Below are positions 55,461-64,000 of a stretch of 64,000 nt of DNA, piece after piece. The stretch comes from Actinomycetes bacterium (GTDB lineage: Bacteria > Actinomycetota > Coriobacteriia > Coriobacteriales > UBA8131), in assembly GCA_009787085.1 (NCBI GenBank), contig WRGR01000045.1, positions 75 through 64,074 on the forward strand. Reading direction: 5' to 3'. The translations under genes were made by a program, and so were the position numbers. Every line of letters starts with the position of its first letter. Within the stretch, counting starts at the first letter, position 1. Under the pieces are notes generated by a model. That model had not been told where the DNA came from, did no database searches, and worked only from the letters and a program-made list of their open reading frames with translations.

Positions 55461-57107
55461 ATGACAGAACCGCAACGCCCTTTTCGTGAACAATTCACTG
55501 CACGGGGACTGATTATTGGACTAATCGGCTGCGTAATCATCACCTCTAGCTCCATTTATGTGGCCTTGAAACTGGGAGCTTTGCCTTGGCCGATTTTCTT
55601 CGTGGTCCTTTTGGCATTGTTTTCTTTGAAGCTGTTCTCACGCCTGCCGGGCACCAAGCCCACCAACATCAACGAGGCCAGTGTCTCGGCCAGCGTTATG
55701 AGCGCCGGTGCCATGGTAGCCGGCGGCCTAGCCTTCACGGTGCCCGGCATCTGGATCATGCTCGGCAACACCGAGCTGGCCTGGTGGAAACTTTTGGTTT
55801 GCGCGTTAGGCGGCGTGGGTATGGGCATCGTGGCCTGTGCCCTGTTCAGGACACACTTTATTCAGAAAAGCGCCTTGCCCTACCCGGTCGGCCAAGGTGC
55901 TGCCGAGACTTTACAGGCCGGTGATGGCGGCGGCCGCAAGGCGGTGCTGCTGTTCAGTGCGGTAGGCGTGGCCGGGTTCTTTACTTTTCTCCGCGACGGC
56001 CTGAGGCTGGTGCCGCCGATGCTCGGTGACCAGTTGAAGATACCGGGTGTGGCTTTCGGGGTCTACGCCAGCCCGATGGCATTGGCCATGGGATTCATGA
56101 TCGGCTCGGTGCCGGCACTGGTCTGGGTGATCGGCGGCGTGATCGGCAGCTTTGGCGTGGTGGTCGGCGGGCCGGCCTTACTGGGCTGGAGCTTGGATTT
56201 CGCCCAAGATGTCCGAGTCAGTTTGGGAATCGGGCTGATGATCGGTTGCGGTGTCGGCATTGCACTGAAAGAGGTACTACCACGCGCCAAGAAGCTGTTC
56301 GCGCCGTTGGTTGGCCGCAATGCCGGCGAGGCCATCGTGCCCTTGCGTTGGGCACCGTTCTTGCTTGCTGCCATCGTCTTGGTGCTGGCCTTCGTGGCCG
56401 GCTTCGGATTGTTGGCCTCGCTGCTTTTGGTGCTGCTGACCTGGCTGGTGGTGACTATGGCAGCGCAATGCACCGGCCAAGCTGGCATGAACCCAATGGA
56501 GGTCTTCGGGGTCATCGTTTTGCTGGTCTGCGGTTTAGCAGTGAATTTGGGTGGTGTTGAAGCCTTCCTAGTAGCCGCCACTGCCACGGTAGCTTGCGGC
56601 TTCGTGGGCGACCTGATGAATGACTTCAAGGCCGGGGCGCTGCTCGGCACCAGCCCACGGGCACAGTGGATCGGCGTCAGTATCGGCGGCGTGCTGGGTG
56701 CCGTAGTGGGAACGGCCATCATCTTGCTCTTCGTCACGGCCTATGGTGCCAGCGGCTTCGGGCCGGACGGCACGTTCGTCGCCGCCCAAGCGACAGCGGT
56801 GGCCTCAATGGTCGGCGGCATCCCTAACTTGCCAGTCTTTTTGGCCGGATTGGCCATTGGTGCCCTAGCCTACACGCTCAAAGCCCCAGTGATTACTCTG
56901 GGACTCGGTGTTTATCTGCCATTCTACCTGACGCTGGCAGTAGCTATCGGCGCTGCGGTACGCTTCGTGGTAAGCAAGATTGCCCCCCGCTGGTCAGCCC
57001 GCGAAGACGGCATGGTGTTAGCCTCCGGGCTGCTAGGCGGTGAGAGCATAGTCGGCGTAATCCAAGCTTTGGTGGTCGTGATCAGCAGCGGTTTTGGACT
57101 CAGGTAG
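55461..57107 (+). CDS. OPT-family oligopeptide transporter
   Basis: 548 aa with about 16 TM segments. FTARGLIIGLIGCVIITSSSIYVALKLG...LPYPVGQGAAETLQAG...AGMNPMEVFG...DLMNDFKAGALLG are typical OPT motifs. The SD is AGGAG. Confidence 0.85.
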   Translation: MTEPQRPFREQFTARGLIIGLIGCVIITSSSIYVALKLGALPWPIFFVVLLALFSLKLFSRLPGTKPTNINEASVSASVMSAGAMVAGGLAFTVPGIWIMLGNTELAWWKLLVCALGGVGMGIVACALFRTHFIQKSALPYPVGQGAAETLQAGDGGGRKAVLLFSAVGVAGFFTFLRDGLRLVPPMLGDQLKIPGVAFGVYASPMALAMGFMIGSVPALVWVIGGVIGSFGVVVGGPALLGWSLDFAQDVRVSLGIGLMIGCGVGIALKEVLPRAKKLFAPLVGRNAGEAIVPLRWAPFLLAAIVLVLAFVAGFGLLASLLLVLLTWLVVTMAAQCTGQAGMNPMEVFGVIVLLVCGLAVNLGGVEAFLVAATATVACGFVGDLMNDFKAGALLGTSPRAQWIGVSIGGVLGAVVGTAIILLFVTAYGASGFGPDGTFVAAQATAVASMVGGIPNLPVFLAGLAIGALAYTLKAPVITLGLGVYLPFYLTLAVAIGAAVRFVVSKIAPRWSAREDGMVLASGLLGGESIVGVIQALVVVISSGFGLR

Positions 57108-57254
57108 GCAAATGCAGCCTCAGACAAACAGGCAGCCGCCTTGTTGATGCCTCCCAAACCTGCACGGCCTTGAGGAAGCAGCGATTCCCATATACCCTTG
57201 GCACTGCTCACTTGAACGGAATTGGCCAATTTGGGCGGTATGCGGGAGTTTTCT

Positions 57255-57263
57255 TGGTATAAT
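57255..57263 (+). promoter_or_regulatory. Extended -10 promoter candidate (TGGTATAAT)
   Basis: TGGTATAAT lies at 57255-57263. The ORF-track ATG at 57266 is too close to be translated from this transcript, which supports the ATG at 57299. Confidence 0.4.
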
Positions 57264-57298
57264 CAATGGACTATCCGAACGAGGGGAAGGCGAGACTT

Positions 57299-58456
57299 AT
57301 GTTTTGCACAAACTGTGGCCGAGAACTTCTAGATGATGCCAAATTCTGCACATTCTGTGGAGCAGCTCAGGATAACCTTGTCATCAGTGAGCCTGCTATG
57401 CCTGCAGATCCGCAGCTCCCGGTCGAGCCAACACTGCCCGGTGAGGCGGCTGTCTTAGCGAGCAGTGCGGCGGTGGCTAGCGAAGGGGCAGCTTCTGCTC
57501 CCCTTGGGGCGGATGCTATGCCGTCTCCAGCAGCAGCGGACAACGTTTTAGGCGATGTCGAGGCTGCCCCCGCACTAGCTGAACCTAGTCCGATGCCAGC
57601 CAACAGCAATGCGGCCGTGGCGGCAGATGGCTACCCGAACACCAATCCAGCGGCAGTGCCGGTTGCGGTACCAGTGGCAATACCGGTGGTGGCACCAGCG
57701 GTACCACCAGTACAGCCGGTATCACCAGTGGCGCCAACGGCATCAACACCAACACCGCCAGAGCCACCGATGCCACAGGGCGGCAGTGGCACACAAGGCC
57801 AGTATGCAGCACCGTCCGCCGACACCGTAGCGCAGGCTCCGGCCTATACCGTCCCCACTGGCCAACAGCAAGCAACGGGCGGCAAGAAGAAGACTTGGAT
57901 CATCTTCCTAGTTATTGCTGCCGTCTTGATACTCCTAATTGGTGTCTTGGCCTTTGCTGTCGTGGGCTTTCTGAACTTTCAGGCTGATAACCTCCGGTCA
58001 TCTGGGGGCACTGCAAGCATTAGTAACTCTAGCGGCTCCAGCAGCGGCGGTGCTGGCACCACCGATAGCGGCGGCAGCGCGTCAGGCACTGACATGCCTT
58101 CCGGATACAGCTCGATAGCCAGTGACGATAAGATGGACTTTGCCCTCGGCAAAGCAGGGAACTCTGCAGGCGGCGGTATCGAAGTCGAGATCTATGTCAA
58201 CAACAAGACCAGTAGCAATGTGTTCTTCTTATTCAACGACAACAAGATCAACGGTGCAGCGGTAAATGACTCCAATGTCTACAGCAGTGTCTACTACGAT
58301 GTCAAAGCCGGCAACAGCCGTGCTGGTGTAGTGTACCTTGATGACGTAAAAACCGTTGATGACCTGAAAACTTGGTCAGGAACCATTGTGGTTGTCGATG
58401 TAGATAGTTATGACACCATTGCGAACTACCCGTTTAGCCTTACCTACAAAAAATAG
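57299..58456 (+). CDS. Zinc-ribbon domain membrane protein with a Pro/Ala-rich linker and an extracytoplasmic C-terminal domain
   Basis: MFCTNCGRELLDDAKFCTFCGA is a CxxC...CxxC zinc ribbon. It is followed by a P/A-rich region of about 170 aa, a TM (WIIFLVIAAVLILLIGVLAFAVVGF), a Ser/Gly-rich stretch and a beta-rich domain of about 120 aa. The SD is GAGGGGAAGG. Confidence 0.8.
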   Translation: MFCTNCGRELLDDAKFCTFCGAAQDNLVISEPAMPADPQLPVEPTLPGEAAVLASSAAVASEGAASAPLGADAMPSPAAADNVLGDVEAAPALAEPSPMPANSNAAVAADGYPNTNPAAVPVAVPVAIPVVAPAVPPVQPVSPVAPTASTPTPPEPPMPQGGSGTQGQYAAPSADTVAQAPAYTVPTGQQQATGGKKKTWIIFLVIAAVLILLIGVLAFAVVGFLNFQADNLRSSGGTASISNSSGSSSGGAGTTDSGGSASGTDMPSGYSSIASDDKMDFALGKAGNSAGGGIEVEIYVNNKTSSNVFFLFNDNKINGAAVNDSNVYSSVYYDVKAGNSRAGVVYLDDVKTVDDLKTWSGTIVVVDVDSYDTIANYPFSLTYKK

Positions 58457-58518
58457 GTTGGTGCCCCGGAGAGATCGATCGGCATCTTCTAGGCAGACCC
58501 CGTCATTGGGCTTGACCG

Positions 58519-58554
58519 GCAATCTTTCCCTTGATCAACAGGACGAAAGATTGC
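58519..58554. terminator. Hairpin between convergent genes (zinc-ribbon protein and mfd)
   Basis: GCAATCTTTC-n16-GAAAGATTGC is a 10-bp perfect stem. I see no clear U-tract. Confidence 0.35.
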
Positions 58555-58598
58555 GGCTCGGGTGGCCGGGTGGGACGGAATCACAAGTTGATCGGCAT

Positions 58599-61500
58599 CT
58601 AGGGAAGAAGTCCGTCCAGCAACTCCAGTAGCTGATGGTAGGCACTATCAGCCTGCTGTTCTTTGGACACAGGGTATTGCAAGCGATGGGACTTCACGAA
58701 GTATAGGCCGCCCTTGGCTTTCAGTGCGGCGGCCTGCTCTGCCCCGAGCACTAGGCCTTCCAGCACGAAGGCTTGACGTTGTACGGTTATGCTGGTGATG
58801 CCAAGGGCAACCGCCAGCAGACGCACCCGGTTGCGGTCAAGCAGATTGCTGGCGGCGGCGGGCAAGGCACCGTAGCCGCCTTCCAGACGTGATTGCAGCT
58901 CGTCGATCGTCTCCAGATCTAAAGCTGCCGCCAAACGGCGATAATAAAGCACCCGTTCGTCTGCTGCAGCCATATACTCCTCGGGGAAGAGACAGGGCAC
59001 TGGCAGCTCAACACGAACCTCTGAGACATCCTTCGCAGATGCCGTTTTCTGTTCCGAGTTCTTGCCGCTACTGCCATCGGCGAACTCGCGCATCACAGCT
59101 TGCCCTTGGCCCTCGGCCGTGCGTACTGCTTCGTTGATCATGCTGGTGAAGAGGTCGAAGCCCACTGCCGAGAGGTTGCCGCTTTGCTCCGCCCCGAGCA
59201 AGGCACCGGCACCACGGATTTCCAGATCACGCATCGCCACCTTCATGCCACTGCCCAAGTCCTGAAATTCGTCGATGGCCGTTAGGCGGCTGACTGCCTC
59301 CGGAGTCAAAGAGGATTCCGATGGGAACAGGAAGTAAGCGTAGGCCTGATCATGTGATCGTCCGACCCGGCCTTTTAGTTGGTAGAGCTGTGCCAGTCCC
59401 AAACGTTGGGAGTCCTCGATGATCAGGGTGTTGGTATGCGGATTATCCAAGCCGCTCTCGATGATAGTGGTCGACACCAACACATCAAACTGACCAGCGG
59501 CAAAACGCTCCATGACATCTTCCAGCTGGCGAGGACTCATTTGGCCATGAGCCACGCCAATGCGCACCTCCGGTGCCACGGCCATGACCCGGGAGGTCGC
59601 GTCATCAATTGAGCGCACCCGATTGCTGACATAGTAAACCTGCCCGCCCCGACCGACTTCGTGGCGGATCGCCGCGCTCACCACGTCCTCATTCCACTCC
59701 CCCACCTGTACCCGTACAGGAGTACGGCTGGTGGGCGGAGTGTCGATCAGGCTCATATCCCGCACCCCAGAAAGAGCCATCTGCAGGGTGCGCGGAATCG
59801 GTGTAGCCGTGAGCGTCAGCACGTCCGTCTGCTCACGCAATTTCTTTAGCTGCTCTTTGTTCTGAACGCCAAAGCGCTGCTCCTCGTCAATGATGACCAG
59901 CCCCAGATCAAGCGGGTTAACATCAGCAGAAAGCAGACGATGGGTACCAACCAGCATCTCCAAGCGCCCTTGGCCAAAACGTTTGAGAATGGCCTTCTGC
60001 TCGGCAGCCGTGCGGAAGCGAGACAGCACATCGACGTTCACAGCAAAGGGCTCGAAACGCTCGGAGAAGGTAGTGTAATGCTGTTGGGCGAGAATGGTGG
60101 TGGGAGCCAAAAGCATCACCTGCTTACCTCCCTGAATGGCCTTGAAGGCCGCCCGTATGGCCACCTCGGTCTTGCCAAAGCCAACGTCACCGCAAATCAG
60201 CCTGTCCATCGGCCGCGAAGACTCCATGTTCGCCTTGACATCGGCGATCGCCGCCAGCTGATCAGGGGTTTCTTCGTAGGGGAAGGCCAGTTCCATCTGG
60301 TACTGTAACTCGTTGTCCGGAGCATAGGCAAAGCCCTGCTCGGCGATCCGCTGGGAGTATAGCTCGATCAGATCAAAAGCCAACTGACGAGCGGCCTTGC
60401 GTGCCTTGCCGCTCGCCCGCGCCCAGTCCGAAGTGTTTAAGCGGGTCAAGCGGGGGGCAGCAGAATCGGAGCCGATGTAGCGCGTGACCCGGGCGATCTG
60501 CTCCACCGGCGTGAACAGCTTGTCGCCTTTGGCGTATTCCAGATGCAGGTAGTCGCGTTGGATACCGGCCACTTCTTGGCTCAAGATCTGACGGAAAAGG
60601 GCGATGCCATGCGCTTCGTGCACCACGTAGTCACCGGGTTTGAAAGGAAAGGTCAGTGAAGTGGGGTCAACCCGGCGGCGGCTGGCCACACCGGACGTAC
60701 CGCCCCGGCCACGGCGGGCAACACTGACTGCCGAGTTGTCGGTCAGGGAGAGCAATGCCAAGCGGGCAGCGGGAACGCTGAGCGCCGTCGGCAAGGCAAG
60801 ATCGCAAACCATGGCGATGTTAGCGGCCGGCATGACGGGCTGCTGCTCACCCTCCGAGCGCCGCTCGACAAAGGAGACGTGTGCGTCAGACAAGGCCAGC
60901 TCGATTTCTGAGCGTAGGCGGTGGTTGGGCTCGCAGACCAAGGTCAAGTAGTCACTTTTCAGCAAGCCAGACGCAGCAGCGGCCAAGCGTTCCTCTGAGC
61001 CATTAATGCCGGGATGCTTGACCTCCAAGCGCAAGTCGAGGCCACCCGCACCGGCAATCATGGCCAGCAACGACAGCCGCTGTTGAGCACCAAAGTCCAA
61101 CTCACCAGGCTTGGTGAAAAGCGCCGCCAAGGCCGCCTTGGCAGCAGCAGTGCCCGAGATATGGCGCTCAACGCTGCTCTGCTGTTCATCAAAGTAGCGG
61201 TTGGCATCGTCAAACAGCGAACGCGGCTCAATTGCCACCACCAACGCATCCTTGGCCAAGTAGTCCAGCGGGTTGGCGGTTTGCTCATAGAGCCAAGGCA
61301 GGTAGAAGGGCAGCTCGGCAAACAGGTTGCCGGCCTCGATACTCTCGATATGCTGGCGGTATCCGGTGGGCAAGGCAGCAATATTTTCTCCCTGTAAGGC
61401 ATACAGGCAGCGCAGTGCCCGCTGGGCGCTACGTTCGTCTAGGACCACATCCCGCGCTGGCCAAATATCCACAGCCGCTAACATGCCAATAGACTGGCCG

Positions 61501-62411
61501 GTCAGCGGCACCAGCCGCCGCAATGCCTCAACGTCGTCACCAAAAAGCTCAATGCGCACCGGATGGCCGAGGCCAGCCGGCCAAACATCCACGGTGTCGC
61601 CCCGACGGCTGAAGCTGCCGGGCAAATTGGCCTGGTCGTTGCGTTCATAGCCCCGTTGGACAAGCGCCAAAGGCAAGTCGTCCCAGCTCAGCGAATCCGG
61701 TAAGGGCTGCCCTTGAACGAGACGAAGGCTGGCTGGCAAAGAGCCAGGAGGCGGCAGACGGCCGAGCAGCGCCCGGGCGCTGGCCACCACCAGCGCTGGC
61801 CCGGGGAAGCACCGGTCAATGCACACTTCCGGCATTGCAGCCGCCGAGCCGCAATCTAACAAGGCCCGATTGATCGGTGCTGCTTCAACAGGCGGTTGTC
61901 CAGTAGGCGTTTTTCGATCGAACAGTTGCCCGGTCGGTGCCTCTCCGGCTGGCAGTGGCCCAGCGGTTGTTGCCCCAGCATAGCCGCCCTGCAAAACACT
62001 GAGCGCCCGCGCCCGCTGGCCGACTGCGGCCACATGGTCTTCCGTAAACGACCCCTCACGCCAAGGCTGATAGCTCAAAAGCGGCAAACGGAGAACTGCG
62101 GCGGCGGGCAGCCAGAGCCGCAACTCCCGCGCCAACTGATCGGCAGCAACCTCTCCGCTGACCAACACCAACGTCGTGCGCGGCACACGAACAAAGTTAG
62201 CAGCCACCAGCAAAGCACGTGCCGAAAGCGGCACCGCAGCCACTGCATCGTCGCCTTGGTCAAGTTTTCCGCGCAAGCCAACCAGCGCCTGTGAAGCAAA
62301 CAGGTGCTGAGAAACAAGCGAGATCAAAGATGAGTCAAACACATTAAAAAGCTTAGCGCAAACCAAGGCAACCCACAGGCGAGAGGAGAGTCGTTGAACA
62401 TCTAAAAACAC
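58599..62411 (-). CDS. mfd: Transcription-repair coupling factor Mfd
   Basis: 1270 aa. It has the RNAP-interaction/CarD-like region (GDYVVHEAHGIALF), helicase motifs (LICGDVGFGKTEVAIRAAF, VIIDEEQRFGV, LTLTATPIPRTL, QVYYVSNR, GRVGRS) and a TRG motif region. Confidence 0.95.
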   Translation of the reverse strand: MFLDVQRLSSRLWVALVCAKLFNVFDSSLISLVSQHLFASQALVGLRGKLDQGDDAVAAVPLSARALLVAANFVRVPRTTLVLVSGEVAADQLARELRLWLPAAAVLRLPLLSYQPWREGSFTEDHVAAVGQRARALSVLQGGYAGATTAGPLPAGEAPTGQLFDRKTPTGQPPVEAAPINRALLDCGSAAAMPEVCIDRCFPGPALVVASARALLGRLPPPGSLPASLRLVQGQPLPDSLSWDDLPLALVQRGYERNDQANLPGSFSRRGDTVDVWPAGLGHPVRIELFGDDVEALRRLVPLTGQSIGMLAAVDIWPARDVVLDERSAQRALRCLYALQGENIAALPTGYRQHIESIEAGNLFAELPFYLPWLYEQTANPLDYLAKDALVVAIEPRSLFDDANRYFDEQQSSVERHISGTAAAKAALAALFTKPGELDFGAQQRLSLLAMIAGAGGLDLRLEVKHPGINGSEERLAAAASGLLKSDYLTLVCEPNHRLRSEIELALSDAHVSFVERRSEGEQQPVMPAANIAMVCDLALPTALSVPAARLALLSLTDNSAVSVARRGRGGTSGVASRRRVDPTSLTFPFKPGDYVVHEAHGIALFRQILSQEVAGIQRDYLHLEYAKGDKLFTPVEQIARVTRYIGSDSAAPRLTRLNTSDWARASGKARKAARQLAFDLIELYSQRIAEQGFAYAPDNELQYQMELAFPYEETPDQLAAIADVKANMESSRPMDRLICGDVGFGKTEVAIRAAFKAIQGGKQVMLLAPTTILAQQHYTTFSERFEPFAVNVDVLSRFRTAAEQKAILKRFGQGRLEMLVGTHRLLSADVNPLDLGLVIIDEEQRFGVQNKEQLKKLREQTDVLTLTATPIPRTLQMALSGVRDMSLIDTPPTSRTPVRVQVGEWNEDVVSAAIRHEVGRGGQVYYVSNRVRSIDDATSRVMAVAPEVRIGVAHGQMSPRQLEDVMERFAAGQFDVLVSTTIIESGLDNPHTNTLIIEDSQRLGLAQLYQLKGRVGRSHDQAYAYFLFPSESSLTPEAVSRLTAIDEFQDLGSGMKVAMRDLEIRGAGALLGAEQSGNLSAVGFDLFTSMINEAVRTAEGQGQAVMREFADGSSGKNSEQKTASAKDVSEVRVELPVPCLFPEEYMAAADERVLYYRRLAAALDLETIDELQSRLEGGYGALPAAASNLLDRNRVRLLAVALGITSITVQRQAFVLEGLVLGAEQAAALKAKGGLYFVKSHRLQYPVSKEQQADSAYHQLLELLDGLLP

Positions 62412-62470
62412 TATGAAAGGGCGATGCCCCCCGTAGGCACAACCTCAGTTGATACGGTGGGACAGGGAAG

Positions 62471-62524
62471 GGGGGCGGTTCCTGTGTTCCGCATGCTCAC
62501 ATGCGAGACACAGGAACCGCCCCC
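62471..62524 (-). terminator. Long compound hairpin (17-bp perfect outer stem plus 6-bp inner stem) downstream of the FN3/Big_2 gene and upstream of mfd
   Basis: GGGGGCGGTTCCTGTGT-tc-CGCATG-ctca-CATGCG-ag-ACACAGGAACCGCCCCC, checked base by base. It lies about 125 nt after the stop at 62650. Confidence 0.5.
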
Positions 62525-62649
62525 ATCATATGACCCTGTGCTCCTTCTCCGAAGCTACAAGGATCATCCCGGTCAGCGGCTCACAGTGTGTTCGAGACCG
62601 CGTGAAGGCCTGCCCTTGCCATGCCGTCTGCTAGCTATCGATCTCAATG

Positions 62650-63648
62650 CTAGTGCCCGGCGAAGGTGGAAAAGAACCAGCGGGGAGCCACCTTGTCCAT
62701 GCCGGAGCTGGCAGCGTCCTGATCCTCAAGGTCGTGATCGTAGAAAAACTTCAGGGACTCGTAGGCCGCAGCACCATCTGCATCTGGGAACGGTATCTGG
62801 AACTCTATCTGGGTGCTATAGACGGCAATTTCTACAGGATAAGGCGCACTGTAGAGGAACTTGTATATATAGTCCCTCATCGACCCCATGTCGATGTTAG
62901 CGTGATTTAGCAGGTTGTCGTTCTCGTCAAGACATATATAGCCGCCGCTAGCCTCCGGGTGCTGGGAGAAGTACGACGCGATGTTGAGTATCTCGGCCCG
63001 CTTGGCTTCCACCAGCGTTGGCATCATGTAGCCCGACATGTAGTCAAAGCCGCCCTTGGGGTGGGCGAAGTCCTTGACGGTCACCTTGACCTTGGCCAGC
63101 CTGCCGTTGTGGGAGCGTATGGTGACGGTGGCGGTGCCGGCCTTCAGGCCGGTCACCTTGCCGGAGGCGGACACCTTGACGCGGCTGTTGGAGGCCGAGT
63201 AGTAAAGCTTGGTGCTCACCGGCCTCGGGTACTCGTAGGTGGTGTAGTGCGATGCCTCGGCCTCGGCGTAGATCTGCTTGACCTGCCCCAAGCCGATGGT
63301 GGCCGACCTATTCACGTCTATGCTCTGGACGTTGGTCTTCTTGGCAGCAGGGCTGTGGGTCTTGGAGGACACCGCATAGGTCAGGGCGCTGTAGACCCTC
63401 TTGCCGCCGACCACGTCGTAGGAGCGCATCTTGTAGCGGTAGGTCTTGTTGGCCTTAGTGGCCTTGTCAGTCCAGCTGGTCGCCTTCTTGCCCACCGTGG
63501 CGACCTTCTCATAGGCCTTCTTGGCCGGGTCGTAGCGCAAGACAACGTAGCCGTCGGCGCCCTTGGCGGCCTTCCAAGTGAGCTTCAGGGTGTCGGAGTC
63601 CACCCGCCCGGCATAGAGGGCGCCGGGGGGCGCAACGGCGGGCGGCAT
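62650..63648 (-). CDS. Fibronectin type III + bacterial Ig-like (Big_2) domain protein; the N-terminus is probably truncated
   Basis: The FN3-like part is LKLTWKAAKGADGYVVLRYDPAKKAYEKVATV...TSWTDK...NKTYRYKMRSY. The Big_2-like part is SNSRVKVSASGKVTGLKAGTATVTIRSHNGRLAKVKVTV. It is followed by an unassigned domain of about 140 aa. It has no signal peptide and no SD, and there is an in-frame TAG 7 codons upstream of the ATG. Confidence 0.55.
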   Translation of the reverse strand: MPPAVAPPGALYAGRVDSDTLKLTWKAAKGADGYVVLRYDPAKKAYEKVATVGKKATSWTDKATKANKTYRYKMRSYDVVGGKRVYSALTYAVSSKTHSPAAKKTNVQSIDVNRSATIGLGQVKQIYAEAEASHYTTYEYPRPVSTKLYYSASNSRVKVSASGKVTGLKAGTATVTIRSHNGRLAKVKVTVKDFAHPKGGFDYMSGYMMPTLVEAKRAEILNIASYFSQHPEASGGYICLDENDNLLNHANIDMGSMRDYIYKFLYSAPYPVEIAVYSTQIEFQIPFPDADGAAAYESLKFFYDHDLEDQDAASSGMDKVAPRWFFSTFAGH

Positions 63649-63826
63649 CGCGGCCGCATAGGCCTATGTTACGGCGAGCCGCGAGACAGGGCAGAATACT
63701 CTGCCTTCTCCTGATCGGCAGCTCAAAGGATTGCCGGTCAAGCCGGCAATGACTGGGGGTTTGTTTAATTCGACGCTCCCTTGGGAAAACATGGCCCTGC
63801 CACAACTGGGGGCTGCCGTGCCTCGG

Positions 63827-63962
63827 GGCCGCCCTCCGATGTGGCCGCCCTCCGATGTGGCCGCCCTCCGATGTGGCCGCCCTCCGATGTGGCCGCCCTC
63901 CGATGTGGCCGCTCTCCGATGTGGCCGCTCTCCGATGTGGCCGCTCTCCGATGTGGCCGCCT
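63827..63962. repeat. Non-coding 16-bp tandem repeat array, 8 full units plus a partial one, in two sequence variants
   Basis: GGCCGCCCTCCGATGT occurs 5 times (63827-63906), then GGCCGCTCTCCGATGT occurs 3 times (63907-63954), then a partial unit. Because 16 is not a multiple of 3, the track ORFs crossing the array show a 16-aa periodic artefact. Confidence 0.92.
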
Positions 63963-64000
63963 TGCCCCCATGCCGCGCCGCTACCACGAATCGTCCCGGT

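Noticed and set aside
62959-63714. 251-aa plus-strand ORF rich in Gly/Leu/Val/His
   Set aside because: It lies antisense to the FN3/Big_2 gene, and its composition is typical of the reverse frame of a GC-rich gene.
63827-63962. Possible CRISPR array
   Set aside because: The units are directly abutting 16-mers with no spacers, and no cas genes are present in the window.
63664-63987. 107-aa and 68-aa minus-strand ORFs with GHIGGRPHRRAATSEG repeats
   Set aside because: The 16-aa periodicity is produced by reading a 16-bp DNA repeat through three phases, so it is a repeat artefact and not a protein.

Overview
This is a 64-kb chromosomal segment from a high-GC Gram-positive bacterium. The gene content (SpoVS homologue, EFR1-type ferredoxin, DapC_direct-type LL-DAP aminotransferase with DapF, LCP, PepSY, MurJ) suggests a Coriobacteriia-like actinobacterium, but that is inference because no database search was possible. 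Most of the window is housekeeping: ligA, a Moco operon (moeA-moaA-moaC-mogA/moaB), pyrG, murJ, dapF, miaB-miaA, trkH, purine nucleoside phosphorylase, an OPT transporter and mfd. The accessory content falls into six parts. (1) At 1-6.4 kb there is a peptide-export locus: an 81-aa ORF whose N-terminus fits a Gly-Ser variant of the double-glycine leader, then a perfect 15-bp hairpin, then a C39-peptidase ABC exporter and an overlapping HlyD-type accessory gene. A CPBP/Abi protease gene, a decayed ATPase pseudogene and a very AT-rich control region lie nearby. This is my best candidate for an undescribed system. (2) At 16.2-18.8 kb there is an orphan LytTR response regulator with a GHKL kinase that has a large extracytoplasmic sensor. 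(3) At 22.8-27.2 kb MurJ is fused to an uncharacterised module of about 900 aa. (4) At 30-46 kb there is a lower-GC, teichoic-acid-like glycopolymer island: three TagF/TagB-type enzymes, multidomain GT2 enzymes, tagD, tagG, a TagH-like ATPase whose catalytic motifs look degenerate, and a CitC-like nucleotidyltransferase fusion. An FGGY-kinase gene remnant sits at its left edge. (5) There are several tandem repeats: coding 30- and 36/30-bp arrays, a non-coding 16-bp x 8.5 array, and duplications of the 3' ends of two genes. (6) At 8.3-9.0 kb there is a cluster of small ORFs. I recognised no rRNA, tRNA, CRISPR, transposase or integrase. Start codons are my best reading. The supplied ORF track also opens ORFs at GTG/TTG, so several N-termini were trimmed.
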